Shown here piece after piece: positions 47,628 through 56,835 of a DNA stretch of 64,000 nt. This stretch comes from Escherichia phage AV116. The stretch lies in the sequence record OR352946.1. The stretch is one strand, 5' to 3'. Position 1 is the stretch's first letter. Every line of letters starts with the position of its first letter. The translations under genes and the position numbers were made by a program. The notes beneath the pieces were generated by a model. The model did not search any database. It was not told the DNA's origin and was given only the letters and a program-made list of their open reading frames with translations.

Positions 47628-47655
47628 AAAAAAAGGAAGCACTAGGCTTCCTTTT
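47628..47655 (-). terminator. rho-independent terminator (hairpin then T8)
   Basis: Plus aaaaaaaggaagcACTAGgcttcctttt. Confidence 0.6.
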
Positions 47656-47718
47656 GATATCGCCTAAGGCTTATAGGTCCTTAGAAATCTGGATGTTCAT
47701 CTTCAACAAAGCTAGTAT

Positions 47719-47934
47719 TCATCGCTGCCACCATTTTTTAAGTTGATGTGAATCTACCCATACCTTCGCTACAGGCTCAATATTAAAAATACCATCGGAC
47801 GTACGTCCAATCATTTTGTATTCGGTTTCAGATTGCTTGATACAAATATCACCATAAGAGCGAAGTCTAAAAGCGGCTCCTACTAGAAGCCGTTTAAACT
47901 TTGTTTGAACTAGCGCCATTAATGATGTCCTCAA
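47719..47934 (-). CDS. hypothetical protein
   Basis: 71-aa ORF; start uncertain. Confidence 0.35.
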   Translation of the reverse strand: MRTSLMALVQTKFKRLLVGAAFRLRSYGDICIKQSETEYKMIGRTSDGIFNIEPVAKVWVDSHQLKKWWQR

Positions 47935-48217
47935 TAGCCTGACGAGTAGTAACCCACTGGATTTTAATTAACTTGTCATTATATGGTTGTCTTAGAATAT
48001 CCCGAGATTTCTTAATAGCATATTCGTAAGCTTCGAAGTTGTTTTGAATTGCTGCTTCTTGAGCATGAGCATAAAGACGGTTTAGTTCAAAACGATTCTT
48101 TTTAAGAATCTTTTCGGATTTTTTACGTGCTTCAGCTTCATTTTTCTTTTGGATTTCTTGTAGCATTTTAGCTACTGCATCTTCTGCTTCTTTATTTTCA
48201 ATAATCTCGGTAGTCAT
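47894..48217 (-). CDS. hypothetical protein
   Basis: 107-aa ORF. Confidence 0.45.
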   Translation of the reverse strand: MTTEIIENKEAEDAVAKMLQEIQKKNEAEARKKSEKILKKNRFELNRLYAHAQEAAIQNNFEAYEYAIKKSRDILRQPYNDKLIKIQWVTTRQAIEDIINGASSNKV

Positions 48218-48218
48218 A

Positions 48219-48428
48219 TTATCTCATTAAATTAAAATAAAAACGTCCGTCCTCTTCAATACAGAACTCATACTCAACCGGAGTCCCATTTATCGAAAAT
48301 AACACGTCATGTGGGTTCAAAGGGTCGATGTCAAAATTAATTTTAAATTCACGACCCAACAGTTTTACCAAATAAGGGATTGCTTCGTCAAAAGGTTCTT
48401 CTAAGTAGTTAGAGATGTCAATTGTCAT
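48219..48428 (-). CDS. hypothetical protein
   Basis: About 69 aa from internal ATG; short overlap with gene 55 end. Confidence 0.4.
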   Translation of the reverse strand: MTIDISNYLEEPFDEAIPYLVKLLGREFKINFDIDPLNPHDVLFSINGTPVEYEFCIEEDGRFYFNLMR

Positions 48429-48975
48429 CCTCATATAAAAAATCCAAACTAGGCGAATCGCTAACAACTTCCTTCTTTTCAGCCCCAGGAGCTTTATAAG
48501 CGGATTCTTCATAATGCGTCATTTTATCGTAGATGTCTTGAATAAACGTTTCATCTACCAACGCTACCATATCATCGTCATGACTGTCGTAGACATTATG
48601 AACGAAGTAACTATATTTCTTTGCAACTTCCTTACGTTCTTTTTTGATACGTTGGACAAAAGCATTAAAACAAGCTCGAGTTATGTATGCATGTGGGTTA
48701 TTGTACTTAGTTTCGTCGAAATTATGAAGTCCCTTAATAGAGGCTTCAATCCCATCTGCAATCATCTCCTGCTTCCAAGACTGGGTATATCCTGAAAAGT
48801 TGAAACGTTTGGACAGGCCTTCGGCGATAAGCATAATTGCTAAACCGATGGTATCATTCTGACGAATAATTTTGTTTGGGTCTTTATTATTTAAGAGCTC
48901 CTTTTTCCACTCGATTATAGCGGCGAGAAGCTCTTTATTATTCACATAGTTATTTTTAGGTTTTTGTTCAGTCAT
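48418..48975 (-). CDS. 55: late-transcription sigma factor gp55
   Basis: 185 aa from ATG 48975 ([24 protein letters not shown]...[12 protein letters not shown]); T4 gp55 pattern. Confidence 0.85.
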   Translation of the reverse strand: MTEQKPKNNYVNNKELLAAIIEWKKELLNNKDPNKIIRQNDTIGLAIMLIAEGLSKRFNFSGYTQSWKQEMIADGIEASIKGLHNFDETKYNNPHAYITRACFNAFVQRIKKERKEVAKKYSYFVHNVYDSHDDDMVALVDETFIQDIYDKMTHYEESAYKAPGAEKKEVVSDSPSLDFLYEDDN

Positions 48976-49130
48976 AAGTACCTCTTGGCTCAATTCATAG
49001 GTCTATTATATCATAATATTTAGAGACCTATCTTAAAGCACGAGATACTATAAAAGATACATAACTTTTATAAAGTTGTCGACTTAAAATTCACCAATCT
49101 TTTCTTCAGTTATACTGATTCGAGTTAATT

Positions 49131-49358
49131 TCATTCTAGTTCCTTTGCTGCTTCAAGAGCAGCATCCAGCGAATCAAATTGGTCAACGAAATCAATATTT
49201 AACGCATCGTCAACCGTAGCATATAACCACCATTGTTTGAATTCGTATTCAAGAATAAATCCAGGACCTTCAATCTGAGGAAGACCTAGGCTATTTGTAC
49301 CAACTTCGTAACCAGCTAGACGCAGGTCATTAATCAAAGTTTCTGTTAATACGCTCAT
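49131..49358 (-). CDS. hypothetical acidic protein
   Basis: 75-aa ORF. Confidence 0.45.
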   Translation of the reverse strand: MSVLTETLINDLRLAGYEVGTNSLGLPQIEGPGFILEYEFKQWWLYATVDDALNIDFVDQFDSLDAALEAAKELE

Positions 49359-49687
49359 TTTACCGCCTTAACAATTTTCAGGTCAACGAATTTTTTCTTA
49401 CGTTGATTTTTCATACGACGGATAGTCTTTTCAGAGATTTCATGTTTCTGATAAGCTTTAGATTCGACACCAAATGCAGCAACGTCAAATTCAGAAAGAA
49501 TGTATTGCACTAGAATTTCACGAATAGAGTTACGTCCAATTTTCTGCTCATGTTTTTGCATGATTTCATAGAGACGATATTCCCAGGCGTCAAGAACTTG
49601 AGGAGTAACAATATTGCCGGATTCCAGAAGAGCAACAACTTTATCGAAAGCGAAAGAATTAACTACGTTTTTGATTTTAGTAGACAT
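49355..49687 (-). CDS. hypothetical protein
   Basis: 110 aa from ATG 49687; ORF-track start lies in promoter. Confidence 0.45.
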   Translation of the reverse strand: MSTKIKNVVNSFAFDKVVALLESGNIVTPQVLDAWEYRLYEIMQKHEQKIGRNSIREILVQYILSEFDVAAFGVESKAYQKHEISEKTIRRMKNQRKKKFVDLKIVKAVK

Positions 49688-49724
49688 ATTATTTTCCTCG
49701 GTTATTTTATTATCCAATGAGAGC

Positions 49725-49753
49725 ATTATACTCTGCTCTCAAGAGTTTGTAAA
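49725..49753 (-). promoter_or_regulatory. early promoter (copy 2 of exact 35-bp duplicate)
   Basis: Same 35 bp as near 5372. Confidence 0.45.
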
Positions 49754-49756
49754 TCG

Positions 49757-49957
49757 TTATCCGAACTTTTTAGCGCCTTTCCAGCCTTCGTACATAACTG
49801 CACAAGTCAGTAGCACAGCGTGTTGGCATTCTTTGTATTTGTAAATCCAGAACCAGCGTAAAAAGTCTTCATCCTCAACACCGTTGAGTTTCATGTTGGC
49901 GAAGAATTCAGCTCGTTCTTCGCGAAGTTTTTGAGATAACATAGATTCAGGATTCAT
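49757..49957 (-). CDS. hypothetical protein
   Basis: Small ORF, start trimmed to internal ATG. Confidence 0.35.
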   Translation of the reverse strand: MNPESMLSQKLREERAEFFANMKLNGVEDEDFLRWFWIYKYKECQHAVLLTCAVMYEGWKGAKKFG

Positions 49958-50088
49958 TTTGTGTTCCACGCCCCGTTTTCATCGATGAACTTAATCCAGT
50001 CATTTACAGACCATTTAGTTGTATCACCCTTTGGATTAACATTTAAAGTATATAATCCCTGCTTAAAAAGCATTCGTTTGATATTCAT
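49954..50088 (-). CDS. hypothetical small protein
   Basis: 44 aa from ATG 50088 preceded by GAGGAAA RBS. Confidence 0.3.
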   Translation of the reverse strand: MNIKRMLFKQGLYTLNVNPKGDTTKWSVNDWIKFIDENGAWNTK

Positions 50089-50095
50089 AATTTCC

Positions 50096-50389
50096 TCAAC
50101 TGTAACGATAACATTCGTTAGCTTTACGTTTGGCTTCAGTATGAGAAGTATTATAATCATACTCTTCTTTACTGTAAACATCTTTTTTCAACTTACGAAC
50201 TTCTTTGCGGAGTTGTCGATTCATTTCGTTCTTGACTTCAGAATCAACGCCTTTCATACGTTTCCATTTATCTGAGCGGAAGATGTTTTCAACCATGTCT
50301 TTGTGGCTAACACCGTCAGGAGCTTTACGTTTACCAAAATAGTCGTAATCACGAACTTTCAAATCTTTACGACGATACGTTTTACCCAT
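50096..50389 (-). CDS. hypothetical basic protein
   Basis: About 97 aa. Confidence 0.4.
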   Translation of the reverse strand: MGKTYRRKDLKVRDYDYFGKRKAPDGVSHKDMVENIFRSDKWKRMKGVDSEVKNEMNRQLRKEVRKLKKDVYSKEEYDYNTSHTEAKRKANECYRYS

Positions 50390-50396
50390 AAGTACC

Positions 50397-50645
50397 TCAG
50401 AGGTTGATTGATACAATGCGTTTGATAAAATTCACTTCACTTACTGAAAGGTCTTTAAGACCGATTGATTCTAAACGCTGAATAAAAGTCAACATTGGGA
50501 TATAGTCCCATTGTGTTTTAGTCGTTTGATAAGTACGGACGCCATTAGCAATTTCAACATGCAAATCGGAAATGGTAATGAATACCGGTCGCTCGTCATT
50601 AACTTTAAGGGTTAGAACAACTTTCTTTGAATCTAAACTAATCAC
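50397..50645 (-). CDS. hypothetical protein
   Basis: 82-aa ORF. Confidence 0.45.
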   Translation of the reverse strand: MISLDSKKVVLTLKVNDERPVFITISDLHVEIANGVRTYQTTKTQWDYIPMLTFIQRLESIGLKDLSVSEVNFIKRIVSINL

Positions 50646-50944
50646 GGCTTAATTTCCTTCGCAATTGAACAGAAGATACCACGGTCACAAAGCATTTCAC
50701 CAATTTCTGGATATTTGATTGAACGGTACCAAACATCCAGGCTTGAAACTCTGGTTATCCGTACTGCATTACCGTTGACAGAATAGTACTGGTCAACCTT
50801 AATTTCTTTATCTTCAATTGTCATTTTATTTTCCTCTATAGTAGATGGTTTAATCTTAACACATCTATCGAGGATGTAAACTGTTTTATGAAAATATTTT
50901 TGATTTGAGAGGGGCACAAGGAGATAGTGAAGTGAAGATTCCAA
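50642..50944 (-). CDS. hypothetical protein
   Basis: 100-aa ORF. Confidence 0.45.
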   Translation of the reverse strand: MESSLHYLLVPLSNQKYFHKTVYILDRCVKIKPSTIEENKMTIEDKEIKVDQYYSVNGNAVRITRVSSLDVWYRSIKYPEIGEMLCDRGIFCSIAKEIKP

Positions 50945-50989
50945 TGGATTATATTAGAAATGAGATAAAGAAGACCAGGCGGCACCTGG

Positions 50990-51298
50990 TCAATCTTCTA
51001 TGATATCAGAGTCGTATCCTAATGAAATCAAGGACTTTTTAAACTCTGCAATATTCTTTTGTTTCTTATCATTTAAAAATATGACAGGATAACGAATATT
51101 AAGTGAAGTGAATCCTGCACGTTTAGCAAGAGATACGATTAAAGGACGGTCATATTCAATCTTACCATTATTAGTGAGGACTTTATAAAATGTATAAGGA
51201 GCATTGAGCTCCTTTAAAAGTTTTGTAACAGTATAACATCCTGGACAACGTCCAACTTCTTCAGGGATGCCATAAATTTCAATCTTGTTGTGTTCCAC
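50990..51298 (-). CDS. nrdH: glutaredoxin-like protein NrdH
   Basis: 102 aa; CPGC redox motif. Confidence 0.7.
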   Translation of the reverse strand: MEHNKIEIYGIPEEVGRCPGCYTVTKLLKELNAPYTFYKVLTNNGKIEYDRPLIVSLAKRAGFTSLNIRYPVIFLNDKKQKNIAEFKKSLISLGYDSDIIED

Positions 51299-51300
51299 AA

Positions 51301-51513
51301 TTATTCCTTGCCAAGAACAGAATTCAGTTTATTAGTAATTTTGTCCAAACGTTCATTGAATTCGCTGGAGGATAAACCCTTTTCCGGAGAAATTAAACTA
51401 ATCACGAAAAATACACCAGTAAAAGGAATAAGAAAAATAGCTCCAACTGCCATAAACAAAAAGAACGTTACAGTTGTAAGAAAATCAGCTAAACCTTTAC
51501 GAAATTTGTACAT
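51301..51513 (-). CDS. small membrane protein
   Basis: 70 aa, one or two TM segments. Confidence 0.45.
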   Translation of the reverse strand: MYKFRKGLADFLTTVTFFLFMAVGAIFLIPFTGVFFVISLISPEKGLSSSEFNERLDKITNKLNSVLGKE

Positions 51514-51623
51514 ATTTACCCTTAATTAACTAAGAATTGATAATCATTAAACTATATTGCGAATAAAATTCTGGACCAAAACGAAAAATCATATCATTTA
51601 TAGTATCCATAATGTAATTCAAT

Positions 51624-52094
51624 TTAATCATGTTTCCACACCCCATCGGTATTTGACCAAAGTCGCTGATTATCTGATCCTCGCCACAGTTTTTTGGTCG
51701 GAAGATTTTTCTCATACTTCCCATCAATAATAACATCAACATATTTAAGCATTTCTAGTTGTTTAATATCTTCAAACTTATATCCTGTCCACAACCAAAT
51801 GCTTTTATTGGGATAAAGATTTTTTACTGTTTGAACAATGCAATGAATAACATCTCGGTTATCAGGATAGAGAGGGTCACCTCCGGTTATAGTTAATCCT
51901 TCTATATAATCATTATTCAAACATTCAATTAATTGTTCTAGTGTTTCACCAGTGAATGGAATACCATTTCTAGCATTCCATGTTGATTTATTATAACACC
52001 CTTCGCATTTATGCAAACAACCTGTAACGAAAAGAACGACCCTACAACCAGGGCCATTCACAAAATCGCAAGGATAAAATCTATCATAATTCAT
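51624..52094 (-). CDS. nrdG: anaerobic ribonucleotide reductase activating protein NrdG (radical SAM)
   Basis: 156 aa; CLHKCEGC cluster motif. Confidence 0.85.
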   Translation of the reverse strand: MNYDRFYPCDFVNGPGCRVVLFVTGCLHKCEGCYNKSTWNARNGIPFTGETLEQLIECLNNDYIEGLTITGGDPLYPDNRDVIHCIVQTVKNLYPNKSIWLWTGYKFEDIKQLEMLKYVDVIIDGKYEKNLPTKKLWRGSDNQRLWSNTDGVWKHD

Positions 52095-53908
52095 TGGTGT
52101 TTAACCCTATGCATGATTTCTTTATTTTTACCGAGATTAAATCCGCGTTCGTTCGGATTTCCCAAATAGCCGCATGTTCTTCTTATGGTGTTCATCTTTT
52201 TAGGATCAGTTTCTCCGCAAACTGAACAAACAAATCCATTTTCGGTAGGAGTCATTTCATGAGTACTTCCACATGTAAAACATTTATCTACTGGCATATT
52301 AACACCAAAATAATCTAAATGTTGTGCAGCATAATCCCAGACAGCCTCAAGTCCTTTTAAGTTATTTTTCATATCAGGAAGTTCAACATAAGAAATGTGA
52401 CCACCTGTCGCAATGAAATGATACGGCGCTTCACGAGAAATCTTTTCAAACGGAGTAGTATTTTCTTCTACTGAAACGTGGAAACTGTTAGTGTACCAGC
52501 CTTTATCGGTAACATCTTTTACACTTCCATATTTTTCTGTATCAAGTTTACAGAAGCGATAACAAAGGTTTTCAGCAGGAGTAGAATACAAACTAAAAGC
52601 AAAACCAGTTCTTTCAGTCCACTGTTTAAGATGAGCATTCATTTTAGTTAAAATTTCTTGTCCAATATCACGACCGACAAGAATATTCAATTCATGAATA
52701 CCGATGTATCCTAAAGACACTGAACTTCTACCGTTTTTAAATAGCTCAATTATATCGTCATCAGGTTTAAGACGAACCCCGAATGCACCTTCTTGGTAAA
52801 GAATAGGAGCAACAGTCGCTTTAACTCCTTTTAAGGAACTAATTCTACACATCAAAGCTTCAAAACACAGGTCCATTCGTTCATTGAATAATTCAACAAA
52901 TTTCTGTTCATTGAACTGTGTTCCAATATAAGAATCTAATGCGATACGAGGAAGATTCAGTGTTACAACGCCGAGATTATTACGACCGTCAAGAATTTCA
53001 TTTCCAGTTGAATCTTTCCATACGCTCAAGAAACTACGGCAACCCATCGGAGAAACTGGAACTGAAGAACCGGTAATAGCTTTATTATTCTTAACTGAAA
53101 TAATGTCAGGATACATTCTTTTGCTTGCACATTCTAACGCAAGTTGTTTAATATCATAGTTTGGATCATCTTTATAAAGATTAACACCTTCTTCAAAAAA
53201 CATAACAAGCTTAGGGAAAATAGGAGTTATTCCATCACGTCCAAGGCCTTTAATGCGGTTTTTAAGAATTGCCTTCTGAATCATTCGTTCAGTCCAGTCA
53301 GTTCCCGTACCAAATGTAATTGTCACAAAAGGCGTTTGTCCGTTTGAACTAAAGAGAGTGTTTACTTCATATTCATAAGCTTGGAATGCATCGTATACGT
53401 CTTTTTCTGTTTTAGATTGAGCATAATTCAGAATGTCTGGTATTTGCCATTTTTCTGCATCTTCAACATGTTTAGCGTATGTGCGTTTAACATAAGGAGA
53501 AAGAACTTTATCGACATTCGCAAATGTAGTTCCGCCATACTGGTGTGAAGCAACTTGTGCAGTAATTTGTGCCATAATTGCAGTAGCAACGCCAATAGAT
53601 TTAGGCGTTTCAATTTGAGCATTGCCTAATTTAAATCCATTCTCAAGCATTCCTTTTAAATCTACTAAACAGCAATTAGTAAAAGGCAATGATATACTAT
53701 AATCTAAATCGTGAAAATGAATTAATCCGACATTATGAGCATTTACAATATGGCTCGGAAGAATACTACAAGCGATATGTTTAGAAACAATACCGGCCAT
53801 TAAATCTCTTTTTGTTGGAAAGACACGAGAATCTTTGTTGGCATTTTCGGTATTTAATTCTTTATCTTTATTTGAAATAAAATTTAAAACATCTTTCTCT
53901 AAAGACAT
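52091..53908 (-). CDS. nrdD: anaerobic ribonucleoside-triphosphate reductase NrdD (class III), intron-less
   Basis: 605 aa; glycyl-radical motif RTCGYLG; C-terminal zinc site. Confidence 0.95.
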   Translation of the reverse strand: MSLEKDVLNFISNKDKELNTENANKDSRVFPTKRDLMAGIVSKHIACSILPSHIVNAHNVGLIHFHDLDYSISLPFTNCCLVDLKGMLENGFKLGNAQIETPKSIGVATAIMAQITAQVASHQYGGTTFANVDKVLSPYVKRTYAKHVEDAEKWQIPDILNYAQSKTEKDVYDAFQAYEYEVNTLFSSNGQTPFVTITFGTGTDWTERMIQKAILKNRIKGLGRDGITPIFPKLVMFFEEGVNLYKDDPNYDIKQLALECASKRMYPDIISVKNNKAITGSSVPVSPMGCRSFLSVWKDSTGNEILDGRNNLGVVTLNLPRIALDSYIGTQFNEQKFVELFNERMDLCFEALMCRISSLKGVKATVAPILYQEGAFGVRLKPDDDIIELFKNGRSSVSLGYIGIHELNILVGRDIGQEILTKMNAHLKQWTERTGFAFSLYSTPAENLCYRFCKLDTEKYGSVKDVTDKGWYTNSFHVSVEENTTPFEKISREAPYHFIATGGHISYVELPDMKNNLKGLEAVWDYAAQHLDYFGVNMPVDKCFTCGSTHEMTPTENGFVCSVCGETDPKKMNTIRRTCGYLGNPNERGFNLGKNKEIMHRVKHQ

Positions 53909-54720
53909 AATTCTAATTTATCCTTTTGAAATTCTTCGTCTAAATATGGGTTCCAACCCATTTTAAACCTTTTGATGAAATTATCAATTCTAAATTTCGG
54001 TAAATTTAACTCCGCAAAAATAGATGATTTACTTTTAAAATCTGGACCTAAATAATCATATAAAATTTCTGCGTATTTTAACCATAATATATAAGTACCA
54101 GATTTAATTGCGTTCGGAGTTTTCCAAGGTTTTACACCATACATCGGATTTCCACTTCCTTTATGCCTGATAGAAGATGAAATTCCAATTTTAATTTTAG
54201 CTTCCTTTGTATGCGAAAATCCACGATGCGGATTTTCTTTCCAGTATTTTTTAGCAGCTTCTGATATTTTCTTTCTGGCTAAATTAGTATGATGCTTTCC
54301 ATAAAATCCATGATTTTTGCCTTTATTACGATTTCTTTTAATCATGGTTATTGATTGCTTTTCTCTAGTTTCTTTAGAAGGAGAAATACCATATGTCGTA
54401 AATTTGCCATCAGCATATGCTAAATTAAAATACTCTTTATTCCATACATCTTTTTCTATATTCTTTTGAAATTCAGCTTCAATGCTAGTTATTTGTTCAT
54501 CTCCGACTAATTGAAAATATAATATTTCAACTTTCGGCGTTTCTTTCAATAAGGCTTTTTGAAATTCGGAAGATGACGAAGACGAATAATAAAATTTACC
54601 ATTTTTATCAATAATATTCGTTCCATCAAAAGTGCAATTGGTTTTACTTCCAATGTAATAATATGGTGGGGTTTTAGCATTAATTCTATTAATAAATGAT
54701 AGTTTATATACTACATTCAT
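53899..54720 (-). CDS. GIY-YIG homing endonuclease (free-standing)
   Basis: VVYKLSFINRINAKTPPYYYIGSKT; NPMYGVKP NUMOD-like repeat. Confidence 0.75.
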   Translation of the reverse strand: MNVVYKLSFINRINAKTPPYYYIGSKTNCTFDGTNIIDKNGKFYYSSSSSSEFQKALLKETPKVEILYFQLVGDEQITSIEAEFQKNIEKDVWNKEYFNLAYADGKFTTYGISPSKETREKQSITMIKRNRNKGKNHGFYGKHHTNLARKKISEAAKKYWKENPHRGFSHTKEAKIKIGISSSIRHKGSGNPMYGVKPWKTPNAIKSGTYILWLKYAEILYDYLGPDFKSKSSIFAELNLPKFRIDNFIKRFKMGWNPYLDEEFQKDKLELCL

Positions 54721-55190
54721 TTTAAACTCTTTCTAAGCTGCTTTTTGAATGAAGCTATTAATTGTGTTTTAGTATCAGATTCAGTATATTCAAATCCTCT
54801 TTGAAGCATCTCAGCCATCATTTCCTCTTTACCTAGTCTTGAGAACTCTTTAGTTTTGTCTGGAACAAAATTAGGATGGATATTATTATCAGAATAATCT
54901 TGTTTCAAATAAGCAAGAAGAGCTTCAAGCCATTCTAAGTAGTCAACGTTTTGACCTTTCAAACCGGAACGGTTGAACTTATGCTTCATTTGACCTTCTG
55001 CTGCGTTGCACAGATTACAGAGTAATCCACGAACTCTACCGGCTTTTGGCCCGTTTAATTCATGGTCGTGGTCAAGATGGTTACCTTGAACATCAGGGTC
55101 TAATTCACGGTGGCAAATAGGACACTTACCGTTCTGTGCATCATAAAATTTTTGTTTTTCTTCTTTATATTTTGCGCCTGATAATAACAT
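54717..55190 (-). CDS. 49: endonuclease VII (gp49, Holliday junction resolvase)
   Basis: 157 aa; CPICHRELD...HLDHDHELNGPKAGRVRGLLCNLCN matches T4 endo VII. Confidence 0.9.
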   Translation of the reverse strand: MLLSGAKYKEEKQKFYDAQNGKCPICHRELDPDVQGNHLDHDHELNGPKAGRVRGLLCNLCNAAEGQMKHKFNRSGLKGQNVDYLEWLEALLAYLKQDYSDNNIHPNFVPDKTKEFSRLGKEEMMAEMLQRGFEYTESDTKTQLIASFKKQLRKSLK

Positions 55191-55229
55191 GATAAACCCT
55201 TACCTTAAATAGATAAGGGTATTTATAAT

Positions 55230-55427
55230 TTAGTAAACGTTATAAAAGTTACGATGAGAACGTTTAGCTTTGCGAAGCTGACGTTTAGTTGGTCGAACCG
55301 TAAATGGTCGTCCGGAGAAAAAATTCGGATCGGTTTTAATAAGCAAATACCAATCATGCTTGCCATTTTTTAATAAACGGTACAATAATTTAACTTGCAT
55401 AATAATCTCTTCCCATTTCCAAATCAA
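55230..55427 (-). CDS. hypothetical basic protein
   Basis: 65-aa ORF. Confidence 0.35.
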   Translation of the reverse strand: MIWKWEEIIMQVKLLYRLLKNGKHDWYLLIKTDPNFFSGRPFTVRPTKRQLRKAKRSHRNFYNVY

Positions 55428-55528
55428 TCATATCGTTTACTGTAGGTTCATCATAACACGTTTCTTCGTCGTTGTAAACTGTTTCGACGTCTGGCTCGAC
55501 AGTTTCCCATCGAGCCGAATACCATGGT

Positions 55529-55864
55529 TTAACCCCGGAGTTTATTGAGCTCTTCATAATCAATCCAGGATTCTAGCCCTGACGGCAGGTCACATTCAAT
55601 GTTCCACAGAAGCTCTTCAATGGCTTGCAGGCGATTATATTCTTCAACGGTAATGGTAACCATTGGTTTTGGCTTTTTAACCATCATGTCATTCATCAGA
55701 ACGTACAGGTCTTCACAAACAGCCGGGTCGTCCCATGTCCATACTTCAGCATCTCGAACCAATGAAGTCGGAATCGAATTTAAAACTTCAAGCTTAGTAG
55801 GAGCATCAGGGCCGAGAAGAGTTGCTACAAATTTATATGCTTTGGCGAAATCAATATCGTTCAT
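55529..55864 (-). CDS. hypothetical acidic protein
   Basis: 111-aa ORF. Confidence 0.45.
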   Translation of the reverse strand: MNDIDFAKAYKFVATLLGPDAPTKLEVLNSIPTSLVRDAEVWTWDDPAVCEDLYVLMNDMMVKKPKPMVTITVEEYNRLQAIEELLWNIECDLPSGLESWIDYEELNKLRG

Positions 55865-56124
55865 TTAAAATATTCTCGCAGTTGGTCAAATCCACCAATG
55901 TGACTTCCGTCAGGAGCAAACACTTGAGGCATAGTCAATCCAACTTGTGATTCGCGTCCAAGCTTAACAAGAAGCTCAGTAATTTTCTCATCGTCGAACA
56001 CACCTTTTTCTGGCATAACATTAATGAATTCGAACGGCTGTTTCTTAACAGTCAGCAATCGTTTCGCATTATCACAATAAATGCATTTATGAATAGTAGA
56101 GTCATACCCGTACACTTTAAACAT
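55861..56124 (-). CDS. nrdC: thioredoxin/glutaredoxin NrdC
   Basis: 87 aa from ATG 56124; CIYC active site. Confidence 0.75.
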   Translation of the reverse strand: MFKVYGYDSTIHKCIYCDNAKRLLTVKKQPFEFINVMPEKGVFDDEKITELLVKLGRESQVGLTMPQVFAPDGSHIGGFDQLREYFK

Positions 56125-56530
56125 TATTTTTCCTTTCATCGATTAAATATGCAACGCCAAATACAATACATGTAATAAAACCTGTGATACAGATAGAAAC
56201 CAACAACACCGTACCAAAGAACCAAATCAAGTTATCTTTAGTAGTTTGTTTGATATCCATCTCACGAATTTCTATAGCTATCGTATCACCTTTATTCAGA
56301 AGCGTATAAAACGAAGGTGATACATGCCTGTCAAAAACTCGTCCTTGCTCATCTTTATAGACTGCAATAAATTCTAATTTAGAATATTTTCCTGTAGATT
56401 GACCTGAAATTAATTCCACTACCTCCACAGGAATTACTTTAGTTTCCATGTAAGTATTCTGGCTGTTCCAAATGAATGGAATGATGGCAAAAACTAAAGC
56501 TGCGATAAAACAACGAAGGCTATATCTCAT
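56117..56530 (-). CDS. membrane protein
   Basis: 137 aa; N-terminal and C-terminal TM helices. Confidence 0.5.
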   Translation of the reverse strand: MRYSLRCFIAALVFAIIPFIWNSQNTYMETKVIPVEVVELISGQSTGKYSKLEFIAVYKDEQGRVFDRHVSPSFYTLLNKGDTIAIEIREMDIKQTTKDNLIWFFGTVLLVSICITGFITCIVFGVAYLIDERKNNV

Positions 56531-56835
56531 TATAATGTTCTCTCAAATTTGTGGAAGCATTTACGGCATTTCAATTTCAAGTTATCGGTGGTCCAGTTAA
56601 CCAGTTGGACTTGGATAGTTCCACATTCCGGGCATGGATGTTTTGCTGCCGATTTGGCAGCATTTTCACGTCGTTCAACCATTTTCATGATTTCGTTCCA
56701 TGCCGGAGGAACGAACTCTTCTTCACCGTGGATTTTATCTTGCTGAACAAATTCAATATTTGAACTATCGTCAATAAACTTAACCAAGCGGTGATTAGTG
56801 TTCATATCAATATCCTCTAAAAGACGTAGTTTCAT
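56530..56835 (-). CDS. zinc-ribbon protein
   Basis: 101 aa; CPECG...CRKC. Confidence 0.5.
   Translation of the reverse strand: MKLRLLEDIDMNTNHRLVKFIDDSSNIEFVQQDKIHGEEEFVPPAWNEIMKMVERRENAAKSAAKHPCPECGTIQVQLVNWTTDNLKLKCRKCFHKFERTL

Noticed and set aside
51530-51742. 70-aa ORF overlapping the 3-prime end of nrdG
   Set aside because: Overlaps nrdG by about 120 nt in another frame; likely spurious
52091-53908. Group I intron in nrdD
   Set aside because: Single uninterrupted 605-codon ORF with the glycyl-radical motif in frame; no intron-like insertion
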